A stretch of 64,000 nucleotides of DNA from Octopus sinensis (lineage: Eukaryota). Below the pieces are notes generated by a model. That model saw nothing but the letters and a program-made list of their open reading frames with translations, was not told where the DNA came from and ran no database searches. Below, piece by piece: positions 1-13,479 of the stretch. The position numbers and the translations under genes were made by a program. The first letter of the stretch is position 1, and every line of letters starts with the position of its first letter. The stretch lies in the NCBI RefSeq assembly GCF_006345805.1, contig NC_042998.1:91202001-91266000 (forward strand), read 5' to 3'.

Positions 1-392
1 AATTTACTTTGCCACATACTGAAATTTTTAGAAATAGCAGCCAAAAAGTTTTCTTAGCCATTTCTACTATGTAGAGATGTTTGTCTGAGGTGATTCATAT
101 CGGACGGGTATGTTCAATTTTTTAGTGCTTTCAAATCCAAATTAAGAAATGTTGAGCTGACGAAAGAAATGTCGAGTTTTAATTCGACTAATCTAGAAAC
201 GTGAGTGTTCTCAAATAATCTTTGTACATGTGATATTTTGCTGTTTTCCCTCCATATCTACGTGTATTATTTTTGAGTAAACACTATCTAGGAGACTTTT
301 CTTAAAGTAGTAGAAATGGCTAAAAAAACTTTTTGGCTGCTATTTCTAAAAAATTCAGTATGTGGCAAAGTAAATTATTTTACTGAGCCCTA
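1..392. mobile_element. MITE-like inverted-repeat element, left end probably outside the window
   Basis: 1-69 (aatttactttgccacatactgaa...tttctacta) is a near-perfect reverse complement of 308-376; the right side continues to ...tactgagcccta. Confidence 0.7.
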
Positions 393-471
393 ATTATATA
401 ACATAATATTTTGAATATGCCTTGAATGGTCCTTTTACATACTGAACACTACTTGGTGAAATTAATTAATA

Positions 472-522
472 ATGTATGTATGTATGTATGTATGTATGTA
501 TGTATGTATGTATGTATGTATG

Positions 523-554
<32 letters not shown>

Positions 555-560
555 TACAGA
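472..560. repeat. Compound microsatellite (TATG)n-(GATA)n-(GACA)n
   Basis: Directly visible tetranucleotide arrays. Confidence 0.95.
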
Positions 561-1106
561 CATATGCCATACGTAACTGCGATGGGTGGATCGAGAGGCT
601 CGGGTGACTCTCTCTACTGCAGCTCCCCGTAGATATAAAAATATAAAACATTTATTTCATTATGTGACTTTGGCAAATTAAACTGCTAATAGTGGTACCA
701 TTTTACTATTCGTGAACCCAAATGATTATACATGCATCCATTAGAGGCGCACGAAGCAGCGTTGGATGAAATGCAGGCGTATATAATCATATTTAATACG
801 CTCGTGTAAACTCGGATGTGGGAAGACCTTTCGTTGCAGAATTATTCTCGGGAGTGAATGTCTCAATTTTATTTCTAAGGACTCCACTTTACAATGAAAG
901 AATTCAGTACATATAATGTTTATATGCACTGTTATTTGAATATTTTCTCTTACACATGTCTTATATACATGTTAAAATGAGCTGATCTTTAGACAAAAGT
1001 ACATTACGTAGATATAAGCTTGCTTTGCATCATCGTGGTTTCGGATTCAATCTTCTGCTATAGCCACGGGTCGACCAATGCTTTGTGAGTAAATTGGGTT
1101 GACAGA

Positions 1107-1400
1107 TGGCGCACGACCTAGCGGTTAGGGTGTTACACTCACGATCAGAGATCGGGGTTTCAGTTCCTGGACTGGGTGGTGCGTTGTGTTCTTGAACAAA
1201 ACAGTTTATTTCATGTTGCTCAGCGATCACTTTAATACCTGACATGTGGTACATTGTGCAACTGCTCAAGCAAAGACGATTTGATGGAGGGAGTGCGTTG
1301 ATGTACAGCTCAAAGATTTGATCACTATAAACAGATCATTTGTGCAAATCATTCAGCAAATACTGAACACTCATAAGTCGTCTACGACGGGAGATTCTAT
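1107..1400 (+). mobile_element. tRNA-derived SINE, same family as 50863-51130
   Basis: tRNA-like head with A/B-box-like motifs, then ttgtgttcttgaacaaaac. The body (atttgatcactat...) aligns by eye with 50863-51130; related heads occur at 37757 and 47581. Confidence 0.65.
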
Positions 1401-1609
1401 CAAATATGTGTGCGTGTGTGAGTGTTTGTCCCCCTAACGGCTTGATAACCGGTGTTGGTTTGTTTACATCCTCCTAGCAGTTCGACAAAAGTGACCAGTA
1501 GAATATGTACCAGACTTTAGAAAAAATAATAAGATTTATCCGACTAAACCCATGAAGGCGGTGCCCCAGCATGGGTGCGATCCAGTGACTGAAACAAGTA
1601 AAAGATGCA

Positions 1610-1661
<52 letters not shown>

Positions 1662-2569
1662 AATAATAATGCAGAGTAATTAAACGTCTGGAGTGTTGAG
1701 TCTACGGTGTGGTTTACATTTTCGTCTTACCTTCTCATTTCCTTTCCTCTCAAAATTAATACTTTATCTATTTATAGGACATACCGATGTTCGACTGATC
1801 AGCCAGCCATTTACTGTATCTGAATAATAAATAAGAATGAAACACATATTATTCGAACTGCATAATTCTGACGCATATAATATAAGGATGAGAAAATATG
1901 TATGTAATGTTGGGATGAGAAAAAATGCATATAACGTACGTGTGAGAAAAATATGTAAATGTATGAGAAAAAAATATGATTTCTCATTCAATTATGTGGA
2001 TACTCTTCGCGAAGAAATCAAATATTGAAGCTCTTGTTGTATAGCTCGATCAGGGCTGATCTAAAGGTCAGTACTGATCTAGTAGGCCTATGTTGAAAGG
2101 CGTTCCAGCGGAGACCGTGCCGCCGTTGGCAGAAAGCCCGGGTCTATATTATCCAACATATGAGTTTTTCTAGTCAATAGTGTGTGATTAGATAAAAATT
2201 TGGCTTCTCTTTCTAGCATGTGGCGTGGTCGCAAAGAGGCTCTCTCAGTTGACTAGCCAGATATCTAAGTGGTTCTATCTGGCATGGTACACTATCTTGA
2301 AACTGTAGGCTATGCAAACTGTTAGTCATTTCCACTGGCACCGATCCATATTATGAAGCATAATCTATTTAAGATAGTAAGGTGTGATTTAACGGAAGTT
2401 GGTGTTATTTCTAGCAAGTCGAACGACCGGTAGAGGCTTCCCACAGATTTTAACACGGTAGATTTAAATATACAGGACTGGATGGCCACGTTTGGAATGC
2501 CTTTGATCATAGGTCAGCTCAATCAGCTCAATCAATACGATAACAACAACTGAAACTAAGCATAATTTT

Positions 2570-2905
2570 TACTTGTTTCGGTCACTGGACTGTGGCCATG
2601 CTGGGGCATAACCCGACCCCAATACTTACTTATTTTTTCAAAAGTCTGGGACTTATTTTATTGGTCTTTTGTCGAACCGCTAGGTTACGGAGACGTAAAT
2701 CAACCAACACTAGTTGTCAAGTGGTGGGTATGGAACACACACACAGGCATACGACGCGTTTCGTCACAGTTTCTGGCAACCAAATTTATTCACAAAGCAT
2801 TGTGCTGCTTGGGACTATAGTAGAAGACATCAGCCCAAGGTGCCACGCAGTGGGATTGAACACAAAACCACGTACTTGCATAGCGAACTTCTTACTCCAC
2901 ACAGT
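2570..2905 (-). mobile_element. CORE-like tRNA-derived SINE with internal (CA)n
   Basis: Contains the reverse complement of cccactgcgtggcaccttgggc and the tail cagcatggccacagtcc. Related copies at ~13480-13850, 28490-28950, 29620-29835, 37327-37580, 41810-42030 and 49740-49950. Confidence 0.7.
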
Positions 2906-3599
2906 CACGTCAGCGCCTATCAGATGTAAATTAAAATTTATGGCATTAATTAGATCTCCAGCTGGAACTACACCCAACATATTTGATTAATTCCAAAGAC
3001 GGGGGCAAAGGTTCTCAGCCCCAGGGGTGTGGCCAATGACACTTTAGCTGCCCACCCCGCATTCATTAACAGACATTGAAGAGCAGAGGAAAACTACCCC
3101 CTCTTCACACCTGCGCCCAAGATTGGAGAAACTACCTCTCCTCCACCTGGTTCCTTCACATTTCCTATGCCTCTGACTAATTCCTTCTTTCCTGTATCGT
3201 ATTTATTGATAGGAATCACTTGTAAATGGATAAAAAATAACAGAAACGTAAAGGCATAGAATTAATATTCGATAGCAATTAAAAATGAAAGAAGAAAGAA
3301 AAAAACCTAATACGAAATCCAGTTTTCAATACAATCGTTGATATAACTCCGTATAATTAAAGCCAGCGATGCAATTTCGATTCCCGGTTGAAGCCATATT
3401 TTTTCTTCAACTTACGTAGATAAATAGCAGAGATGCACGCACAAACTATCATACATACATGCATACACGCGTGCGCGCGGGCGGACACACACACATATAT
3501 ATTGTATATACACATATAAATAAAACTTAAAAACTTAGACAAAACTTAGATATGTTTCGACCAAAGATTGGTCCAGGCTATGTCTAACTTAATTAGCAC

Positions 3600-3780
3600 T
3601 TGTACGTGTATGTATGTGTGTGTTGTGTGTGTGTGAATGTATGTATGTATGTATGTATGTATGTATGTATGTATGTATGTATGTATGTATGTATGTATGT
3701 ATGTATGTATGTATGTATGTATGCATGCCTGCATGCATGTATGTATGTATGTATGTATGTATGTATGTATGTATGTATGC
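3600..3780. repeat. (TATG)n microsatellite
   Basis: Directly visible; explains the HTYI/MYVC ORFs. Confidence 0.95.
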
Positions 3781-4245
3781 TGTGCAAAATTTTTTTTTAA
3801 AGCACGAAGATGAGAATGTATTAGGTTTACGTTCGGAAAAAATAATTAAATGGCATAAATAATGAGAAGCGGATAACTCTTTAACTACGAAAGTCTTATT
3901 GAAACCTTTAATCCAATTATAAAATTTCCGGTTAGAAGATGACAAAATGTTTTACTTCATAACAATAATGGAAACTGAACTTTAAATTAAAAAAATATAT
4001 ATCTGGCATAGTCAGATATTTTACGCTTCAGTCATTTGACTATATATATATATGCATATGTATACATACATTTGAAAGAATGAGTAGAGCTGGCATTTTT
4101 GAGGGGATAATTTTTATTTTAATCTTAGTAATATTTACAGTGAGTTACTCTGATATGAGTATATGTATTGTGTGTGTGTGTGTGTGTGTGTGCGGTACAC
4201 ACACACACATATAATAATAATAATAATAATAATAAAATAATAATG

Positions 4246-4285
<40 letters not shown>

Positions 4286-5114
4286 GGATTATTTATATAT
4301 GTCACAAATTAGAACAAACAGTAAAAGGTTCTCATTATTGTACTCGGAGTTTCGAATGTCGGACCGAAGAGCTACGATGCATTTTGATCGGCTATTAATG
4401 TCAACATAAGTATATATATGCATATATATGTGTGTATGTGTGTGTGTGTGTGTGTGTGCGTGTGCGCGCGCGCGCGTGTTAATATCATACCTGTAGGTGA
4501 AATAATTCAATAAACAAATTCTAGTAATTTATTAAGAGTTAATGGCAATTAAAAGAAAAGTTCTCGATAAACTGACACTGCGCTGCAGTTTAAATTTCCT
4601 GTTAAAAATATTTTGCTTGAATTACTTTGCTAACACTTTTGGCGAATTCGTAAGTGAATCATGTGTAGTTTTTCGTAAACACAGTACCTGCGAATCTAAT
4701 CAAAAGAAACCAAAATAGTAAAAGATACAATCAACTATGCCCATCCACAAATTTAAAAAAAAAAAAATAGTTTCATGTCTTTGCCCAGAAAGGAAGAGAG
4801 AAAAGCAATTTTTGCTATGTTACGTGGATGAAAATCTAGAAAATTCCGGTTTGAAAATAGATATTTTAAATGTTCTGTGCTATCCACGTGTATGTAAAAA
4901 CTTGTAATGATCGCACATGTGGCTTACATCTTGAAATATTAATTTCTTAAGCAAAGTGCTATTAATATATATTACCTGTATTTATCGACTGTAAAGGAAA
5001 AAGAAAACTCAATTCTGGCTACATTTGGACTCAGAAGGCATTAGACAGAACAGGACATTTAATCTGTATTTATGTCGGGGGCGTAGTTAATTTAGCTGAT
5101 GGCAAGGAACTTAC

Positions 5115-5258
5115 GTATGTATGTATGTATGTATGTATGTATGTATGTATGTATGTGTGTATGTGTGTATGTATGTATGTATGTATGTATGTATGTATGT
5201 ATGTATGTATGTATGTATGTATGTGTGTATGTATGTATGCATGTATGTATGTATGTAT
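5115..5258. repeat. (TATG)n microsatellite
   Basis: Directly visible. Confidence 0.95.
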
Positions 5259-5780
5259 CATCATCCAGGTACCCCAACTCCTGTATCCAGGGAGCAACTC
5301 ACTAAAACTCCAGTTTCATTACTGTTTGCTTTCTTTTGGATCATTATTGACATTTCTTTTGAATAAAACGTGATGGGGTCCCAATTCCCTTCACGATGAC
5401 TACCGATGTCACCTGTGTCTCGACTCGACCTGTGTTATGGCGTGTCACATACCCTACTGTCGCACCTTCAATCTGTTTGGATCTTCTATATTCTTCACCA
5501 TTCCGTATTTCGATATCTAGAGATATAGATATTCCCACTCTCAGATATAAACGAAATTTAGCTAGTCAGTCGAAACCAGGAACCAGGTACGCTATAGCAT
5601 CCGTGGAGCCGTGGGCGAGTATGTTGTAGCGGTGGGAACCAAATAGGATCCTGGTCAACCCCTTGAAAGGAAGCAACTACCTTCACTGTGAGGTACTACC
5701 CCACCTCTTGCATCCTACACCCGATATGTTATACACCCCCACACCCCCATACACACATAAATATATATAATAAATATATG

Positions 5781-5879
<99 letters not shown>

Positions 5880-5978
5880 TGTAGGTCCCGGGTTGATTCG
5901 GGGTTAACCACAGTAAATAAGGTACTCAATACATAGCAGAGTAAAATTAATTTATTATATAGAAGCAGCTTCTACAGG

Positions 5979-6020
5979 ACTAGAACTGTTTCATTCAAGA
6001 GAAATCTTCAGGAAACTAGT
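5979..6020 (-). ncRNA. Hammerhead-like motif, imperfect (antisense arm copy)
   Basis: Minus strand reads ACTAG tttc CTGAAGA TTTC TCTT GAAT GAAA CAG TT CTAGT; stem I is offset from the core by 4 nt. Confidence 0.4.
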
Positions 6021-6594
6021 TAACAAGAATTGTATTGGCATTTATACATTTAGGCAGGTTTAAAGGGGTGTTGGTGGGGGACTTTTTGGGGGTAGGCATA
6101 GCGCAAAATATCATACTTGGGGGAGTGGTCAAGGAGTCAGTGTTAAATTAGATAGAAGAATAAAAAAATAAAAAAATATATATATAAAAAAAAAGGGGGG
6201 AATAGAGTTTTAGGTAAATAAGGAGATTCTCACTTATACCCATGCACATATGTATACATATATACACACACATACAAACATATATACATATACATACACA
6301 CATACATACACACACATATATATACATATATATACACTTACACATACATATACATATCTACACATACACATATATGTATACATACACACACTCACATGCA
6401 TACACGTATACACACATGTATATATACACACACGACCACACATACATATACACACAGAAAAAATATATACACAACACACACATACTCACATACACGCATA
6501 CACACACATATCCACACACACACATGCACACACAGCACACTAGTCCCTATATACACATATATACACATACACACATATATACACACACATACAT

Positions 6595-6650
<56 letters not shown>

Positions 6651-7055
6651 GTGTACCTATGCATACCTACACATACACACATATATATATACACATACAA
6701 ATACAGACCCATTCCCTAATTTTAATTTTATTATCTTCGTTTATTACTTTTGTTATCTTTGGCCGCTTGGTCACAAACATGTATATGTATATGCGTATGT
6801 GTATGTATTTGTATGTGTATGCATGCGCGTATAATATGTAGTATATGTATACGTGTGGGTGTGTGTTATGTGTATAAATGTATGTATGTATGGATGTATG
6901 GATGTATGTATGTATACGTATGTATGTGTATGTGTGTATATGTATGTATGTGTATGTGTGTATAGATATGTATATGTGTGTATATGTGTATATATATGTT
7001 ATATATTATATATATAATATATATATATATGTGTATATATGTGGTGAATATATAT

Positions 7056-7115
<60 letters not shown>

Positions 7116-8028
7116 GTATTTGTATGTAGGTGTATATGTATGTGTGTGTATTATATTTATTGGTGTATATGTATAGACTAGCCTTCTAAGAGTGTAGACA
7201 TGAATCTGTAGGTACGCGTACGTATGTGTATATACGTGAATGTATGTAGATGTATTGTGATGAAATAACGCGTGCGTGCGCGTATGTGTATGAGTGTACG
7301 AATGAGTGAGTGTACGTGCTAAAGAGTGTGCGTGAGTGAATGAGTGCTTGTTTTCCAGTAGACAGATAAATGGACTGGTTGTCATAGCCAAGATGTTTGT
7401 GACCAAGCGGCCAAAGATAACAAAAGTAATAAACGAAGATAATAAAATTAAAATTAGGGAATGGGTCTGTATTGTATGTGTATATATATATGTGTGTATG
7501 TGTAGGTATGCATAGGTACACATATGTATATTATATATATATATGTATGTATATGTATGTGTGTGTATATATGTGTGTATGTGTATATATGTGTATATAG
7601 GGACTAGTGTGCTGTGTGTGCATGTGTGTGTGGATATGTGTGTGTATGCGTGTATGTGAGTATGGTTGTGTATGTGTATATATATTTTTCTGTGTGTATA
7701 TGTATGTGTAAGTGTATATATATGTATATATATGTGTGTGTATGTATGTGTGTATGTATATGTATATATGTTTGTATGTGTGTGTATATATGTATACCTA
7801 TGTGCATGGGTATAAGTGAGAATCTCCTTATTTACCTAAAACTCTATTCCCCTTTTTTTTTTTTTATATATATATTTTTTATTTTTTATTCTTCTATCTA
7901 ATTTAACACTGACTCCTTGACCACTCCCCAAGTATGATATTTTGCGCTATGCCTACCCCCCAAAAGTCCCCCACCAACACCCCTTTAAACCTGCCTAAAT
8001 GTATAAATGCCAATACAATTTCTTGTTA

Positions 8029-8070
8029 ACTAGCTTCCTGAAGATTTCTCTTGAATGAAACAGTTCTAGT
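8029..8070 (+). ncRNA. Hammerhead-like motif, imperfect
   Basis: ACTAG cttc CTGAAGA(8038-8044), TTC/GAA hairpin, GAAA(8057-8060), CA, GTT triplet, then CTAGT pairing with ACTAG. Confidence 0.4.
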
Positions 8071-8097
8071 CCTGTAGAAGCTCCTTCTATATAATAA

Positions 8098-8149
<52 letters not shown>

Positions 8150-8180
8150 ATATATAATTATATATATATATATTATACAC

Positions 8181-8218
<38 letters not shown>

Positions 8219-8375
8219 ATATATATATATATATATACACACACATATATATACATATATATACACTTACACATAAATATAATAATACACATACACATAT
8301 ATGTATACATACACACACTCACATGCATACACGTATACACACATGTATATATACAACACGACCCCACATACATAT

Positions 8376-8417
<42 letters not shown>

Positions 8418-8420
8418 TAT

Positions 8421-8585
8421 ATCAGCCGAAATTGCGAGGATGATCCGGTTCTTGACTGAGGATAAAAGACTTCAAATGACCCGTCATTGTTTTTTTTGTA
8501 TCGTCTATCTGGATGCTTGTTGTCCCTTTTTGTATCACCTAGTTGTCCGGATGTTTTGCGTTCTTGTCCCACATTTTGTATTTTA
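8421..8585 (+). mobile_element. Fragment of the (TA)n-inserted repeat family of 55448-56398
   Basis: atcagccgaaattgcg...gatgttttgcgttcttgtcccacattttgta matches 56271-56398; flanked by TA tracts. Confidence 0.75.
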
Positions 8586-8624
8586 TATATATATATATAT
8601 ATATTATATATATTATATATATAT

Positions 8625-8655
<31 letters not shown>

Positions 8656-8751
8656 CAAAAGGATGCGTTATAATATTATTCCGCAGCCATACCAACAAGC
8701 CAATAATACTATTCCAATACACACACACACACACACACACACATGGTTATG

Positions 8752-9178
8752 CAGGGCCGGATTAAGACCTATAGCGGCCCTAAACACTTCAAAGATTTCG
8801 ATGCTCCCATGTATATGTAATTCAAAACTATAAACAATAATAAACCATAAAAATAAATGTGTATTTTTCAAAGTGAAACAAAAACTAACAGTAAAACAGA
8901 AAAGAATGTTTGTTTTTGTATTGTTCCACTTTATTTATATTTGAAAAGTTTTCTCCTACTTCTTTTAATTGCAAAGTCTTTGATCAGATCCTCAAAATTA
9001 ATCTTACTTATACATATGTTTCTATACTTAGTAGAGACAAGGCATCCCGAATATTATTTTAGAAAGTTTAAAGTGATTTCTTTTGTGCTGTAAACCATTT
9101 ACCATTTCTGTGGTGCCCCCTCCTTCCTTTGATGCCCTAAGCACATGCTTATTTTGCTTAATGATTAATCCAGCGCTA
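8752..9178. mobile_element. hAT-type non-autonomous DNA transposon (MITE)
   Basis: TIRs CAGGGCCGGATTAA / TTAATCCAGCGCTA; decayed 8 bp TSD tggttatg / cgactatg. Confidence 0.6.
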
Positions 9179-9199
9179 CGACTATGTATATATATACTC

Positions 9200-9285
<86 letters not shown>

Positions 9286-9310
9286 TGTGTGTGTGTGTGT
9301 ATGTGTGTGT

Positions 9311-9623
9311 GGAGGCGCAATGGCCCAGTGGTTAGGACAGTGGACTCGAGGTTGTAGGATCGCGGTTTTGATTCCTAGACCGGGTGTTGTGAGTGTTTAT
9401 TGAGCGAAAACATCTAAAGATCCACGAGGCTCCGGCAGGGGGTGGGGTGGCGATCCCTGCTGTACTCTTTCGCCACAACTTTCTCTCACTCTTTCTTCTG
9501 TTGGCCTGCTCGCTTAGCCAGCGGGGTGGCGTCAGTTGAAGGCTAAAACAATGCGAAGCGCATTGTGACCAGCGATATGTTGCAACATCTGATAGCCTGG
9601 TCTGTCACGGTGATCACGGTGAT
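9311..9623 (+). mobile_element. tRNA-derived SINE (octopus OR-like)
   Basis: Head ggaggcgcaatggcccagtggttagg...ggttttgattcc has A/B-box-like motifs; the 5' ~190 bp match the minus-strand copy at 43935-44118. Confidence 0.75.
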
Positions 9624-9655
9624 ATATATATATATATATATGCAATCAATTTCTC

Positions 9656-10110
9656 TCGTGATTCGTTTATCACGACAAAACATTTAAGTTCACTGCTTTT
9701 GATTCCCTAGCTGGTGGTGTGGTGTCGTTCACGATCCATAGAAATTGTTACGTGTTCAAGAAAACCCAGGGTATTTCAAATGTTTTGTATAATGTTTCCA
9801 TATTTACTATTAGGAGTTATGTTGTAACTCCTTATTTCTCAACTTGTTGTTGGCTGTTTGTTGAATATTTGTGTTGGCGCTATGTCTTTTCGTCCGACGT
9901 CTTTTTGTCCGATGATTTTTTGTCTAACGACAAATCCTATCAGTAAAATTCTCAATGATTATTTGGTTGTGATGTTCACCTTGTTTTCTAAAGAGTTTAT
10001 TTAAAATTGGACAGAAAGTCGTTGGACAAAAGAATCATCGGATAAAAAGACATCGGGCCAAAAGACGTGGACGAAGTGACATTGGACAAAGTGACATCGA
10101 ACGAAATCTC
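9656..10110. mobile_element. DNA-transposon remnant with inverted arrays of ~15 bp subterminal repeats
   Basis: gtcttttcgtccgacgtctttttgtccgatg (9884-9930) is inverted relative to ggacagaaagtcgttggacaaaa... (10009-10100). Possible ends are tcgtgattc / ggatcacga. Confidence 0.4.
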
Positions 10111-10529
10111 GGATCACGATCTGTGTTATCTTGTGGTCCAGGTTAAACGAGCTAGAGTATGTTAATGCAAGTAGTTTCCAATTCCATTGGGATTGTACAT
10201 TAATGTAACCTTCAGGCACAATTATTGACACAGTGTATGGCAAGGCTGGCTCTTTGAACTCTTTGAACTACAGGTACGAACTATTGTTTCTGTTTAACAG
10301 AACTTGAGTCAATCTGAGGGTCCGGTAAAAGACACTTTCTCCAAATGTTGTGTACTGATGATTTGGTCACTTGAGTGTGGCCATACTGGGGTACCGTCTT
10401 GAAGGGATTTAAATCGAAAAAATCAACAGTAATACTAAAGATTTTTTTTTTTGAAGCTTGGTATTTATTCTATCGGTAGGTTATAGGGACGTAAGCAAAC
10501 CAACGCCGGTTAATGAGTGGTGAGGAGAA

Positions 10530-10585
10530 CAAACACAAACACAACACACACATACAGACACACACACACATACACACATACATAT

Positions 10586-10618
<33 letters not shown>

Positions 10619-10711
10619 CACATACACACATACATACATATGTATACATACATACACACATATATACATGCATACATATATATATATACATACGTGCATA
10701 TATACATACAC

Positions 10712-10775
<64 letters not shown>

Positions 10776-11000
10776 ATGTATATACATACATATATATATA
10801 TATATACATATACATGCATACATGTTCATATATATACATACATATATACATACACACACACACACACACATATATATATATGCATATATATACACATATA
10901 TATATACATGTATATATACATACATACATATACATACATACATATAATATATATATATATATTATATATATACATATACACATACATACACACACACATA
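10530..11000. repeat. Degenerate (CA)/(TA)/(CATA) microsatellite block
   Basis: Directly visible. Confidence 0.95.
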
Positions 11001-11240
11001 TAATTCTGTATAAATAACAGCAACAACAACAATAATAATAATCCTTTCTACTATAGGCACAAAGCCTAAAGCTTGGGGGAAGGGGTAACCAGTCGATTAC
11101 ATCGACCCCAGTGCTTTAGTGGCAGAATTTGAACTCAGAATGTTAAGACGGACAAAATGCCGCTAAGCATTTCACCCGGCGTGCTAACGGCTCAGCCAGC
11201 TCACCGCCTTAATAATAATAATAATAATAATAATAATTAA

Positions 11241-11637
11241 CCAGTTGACCATGTCCCTTAGTGGCTGACGATATGTGCATCTCTGATCATGAGCAGAAGT
11301 AGTGGGGGAGCATCACAGCTGTGTGTTGAAAGGAATTCTTGGAGGTTTGGATCATTCAGCTTTGGAAACATGGGAGGATCGTTCAACAACCTTAAACTAT
11401 CCTTATTCAGGGACCTTTTGAGCGTGATGGGCTCTCGACCAGAAAGAAATTCTAACTGGGACCCACCTCCAAGGTCATGCGCTGTTTATCTTGATATGAG
11501 ATCACCATGTCGCGCACATTTGGTTGTGATGCATGTGCCTGGTGTACTCTTATCAGATGAGTAGTCATGATGGGTATACTGGGCTTCGTATATTTTACTT
11601 CAGTGTCACTTTGATGGCATGCACTGCTCTCTCACTC

Positions 11638-11700
<63 letters not shown>
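11241..11700 (+). mobile_element. Probable retroposon 3' portion ending in an (AAT)n tail
   Basis: GC-richer unique segment between AAT tracts, ending ...gcactgctctctcactc(aat)n; family not identified. Confidence 0.35.
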
Positions 11701-11701
<1 letters not shown>

Positions 11702-12331
11702 GCTTCAAATTTTGGCACAAGGCCAGTAATTTCAGCATAGAGGCGTAAGCCGATGGCATTTATTTTATCGACCCTGAAGAGATGAAAGACAAAGACGATG
11801 CGGTGGCATTTGAACTGAGGACAGAAAGTCAAAAGAAATGCCAGCAAGCATTTCGCCCGGCATGCCAAAGATTCTGCCAGCTCGCCGCCAATGCATGTGT
11901 ATGTCTGAGAATATGTTGGTGTGTGTGTGTGTGTGTGTGTGCGTGCGTGTGCATGTGCGTGCGTGTGTGTGTGTATGCGTGCGCGCGTGCGTGTGCGTGC
12001 GTGTGTGTGTGAATAATTCAATCCGCAGTTTTACAAACAGTCACTCGAAGAAGGATGGTGTAAATAATTCGTCTTGAGAATCTATAGATAGGAAAACCTC
12101 AACAGCAAGTTGCTGTATGCTTACTTACTTTACAAGCTTGGATCAGGTTACAAATTGGAACATATCCAAAGTTACTTTTTGAAGTTGCCACCAGTGATAG
12201 ACCATGAGGAGAAGACAAAGTAGTTGAGAGAAATGGTAGAATCTAGAAAAAAAAGTGAAACATAGATATATAAAAAGTGTGTGTATGTGTGTGTGTTATA
12301 CTTTCTGGTTTCTAGTTTTCAGAGGTTCTGT

Positions 12332-12373
<42 letters not shown>

Positions 12374-12565
12374 ATATATATATATCTATATATATATATA
12401 TTAGTTATCGCCATACTAATATGGCATTCTTATAAAAATAAGAAAAAAGCTGTCGCTTATTAGCTCCATGAGGCCATCGCCTTAAGTTAGCTATTTGATA
12501 CACAAACTGTATCCATATAACCTTCGAACAAGGGAGGTCAGTCGCTCCACACTACTTGACCGGCA

Positions 12566-12607
12566 GCTACAGACGCGTTTCGGGGTATTGCCCCTTTTCA
12601 ATGCAGC
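12566..12607 (-). ncRNA. Minimal type-I hammerhead ribozyme, U3-A8 core variant
   Basis: Minus strand reads GCTGCA TTGAAAA GGGG CAATA CCCC GAAA CGC GTC TGTAGC: 6 bp stem I, 4 bp stem II, ACGCGT palindromic stem III, GUC triplet. Confidence 0.75.
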
Positions 12608-12737
12608 GTAGCCAGCCAGTAGGTGTCGCTTCCGACAATCTCTGTTCGATGGTTTTATTTACCTAGTATTCCACCGAACTAGGTAAATAAAACCATCGAA
12701 CAGAGATTGTCGGAAGCGACACCTACTGGCTGGCTAC

Positions 12738-12779
12738 GCTGCATTGAAAAGAGGCAATACCCCGAAACGCGTCTGTAGC
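12738..12779 (+). ncRNA. Minimal type-I hammerhead ribozyme, U3-A8 core variant
   Basis: GCTGCA TTGAAAA GAGG CAATA CCCC GAAA CGC GTC TGTAGC; one stem II mismatch relative to the antisense copy. Confidence 0.7.
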
Positions 12780-13057
12780 TGCCGGTCAAGTAGTGTGGAG
12801 CGACTAACCTCCCTTGTTCGAGGTTATATGGATACAGTTTGTGTATCAAATAGCTAACTTAAGGCGATGGCCTCATGGAGCTAATAAGCGGACAGCTTTT
12901 TTCTTATTTTTATAAGAATGCCATATTAGTATGGCGATAACTATTATTTTCCGGGAACGCTGCGCCGCTGTTCTCTTTTAGAGAGACTTAGTTATTTTAA
13001 TATTTCTATTATATATATATATAATATATATATATAGATATATATATATTATATATC

Positions 13058-13093
<36 letters not shown>

Positions 13094-13163
13094 TATACAT
13101 ATACACAACCGATATATACTCATACACACATATATAGATATATATGTACATATATATATGTAC

Positions 13164-13198
<35 letters not shown>

Positions 13199-13479
13199 AA
13201 TACATACATATATACATACTACATTACATATGTACACATACATTTATACATACATATATATATACATACATATGCGTATACGCATATATATATATATTAT
13301 ATATATACATACATATATATACACATACACACACACACATATATATATACATATATATATACATATATGTATATACACACACATATATATACATATATAT
13401 ATATATACATTAATATATAGATACATTTATATATAAGACGCGCGTCTTGTTTTAATTCTATTGTGCAACCGAAAGGACT

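Larger units (their letters stand above)
5881..8099. mobile_element. Large inverted-repeat element (arms ~5950-6780 and 7393-8099) between (TA)n tracts, Penelope-like
   Basis: Unique segments (ggactagaactgtttcattc..., gagattctcacttatacccatg, ttggtcacaaacat) recur reverse-complemented. The left arm has a 70 bp extension (5881-5950). Each arm has an HHR-like motif. Confidence 0.7.
12402..13010. mobile_element. Palindromic Penelope-like pseudo-LTR element in (TA)n
   Basis: Near-perfect arms 12402-12667 and 12678-12943 with a 10 nt loop. A one-sided extension covers 12944-13010. TA tracts lie on both sides and each arm has an HHR. Confidence 0.8.

Noticed and set aside
5300-5700. Possible LINE ORF1 remnant (also ~20450-21660 and 53100-53950)
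   Set aside because: Non-repetitive sequence that looks coding-derived, but I could read no motif with confidence; needs tBLASTn.
9311-9385. Possible tRNA genes (also 1107, 37757, 47581, 50863)
   Set aside because: The tRNA-like heads continue into shared repeat bodies and lack a clean cloverleaf; they are SINE heads.
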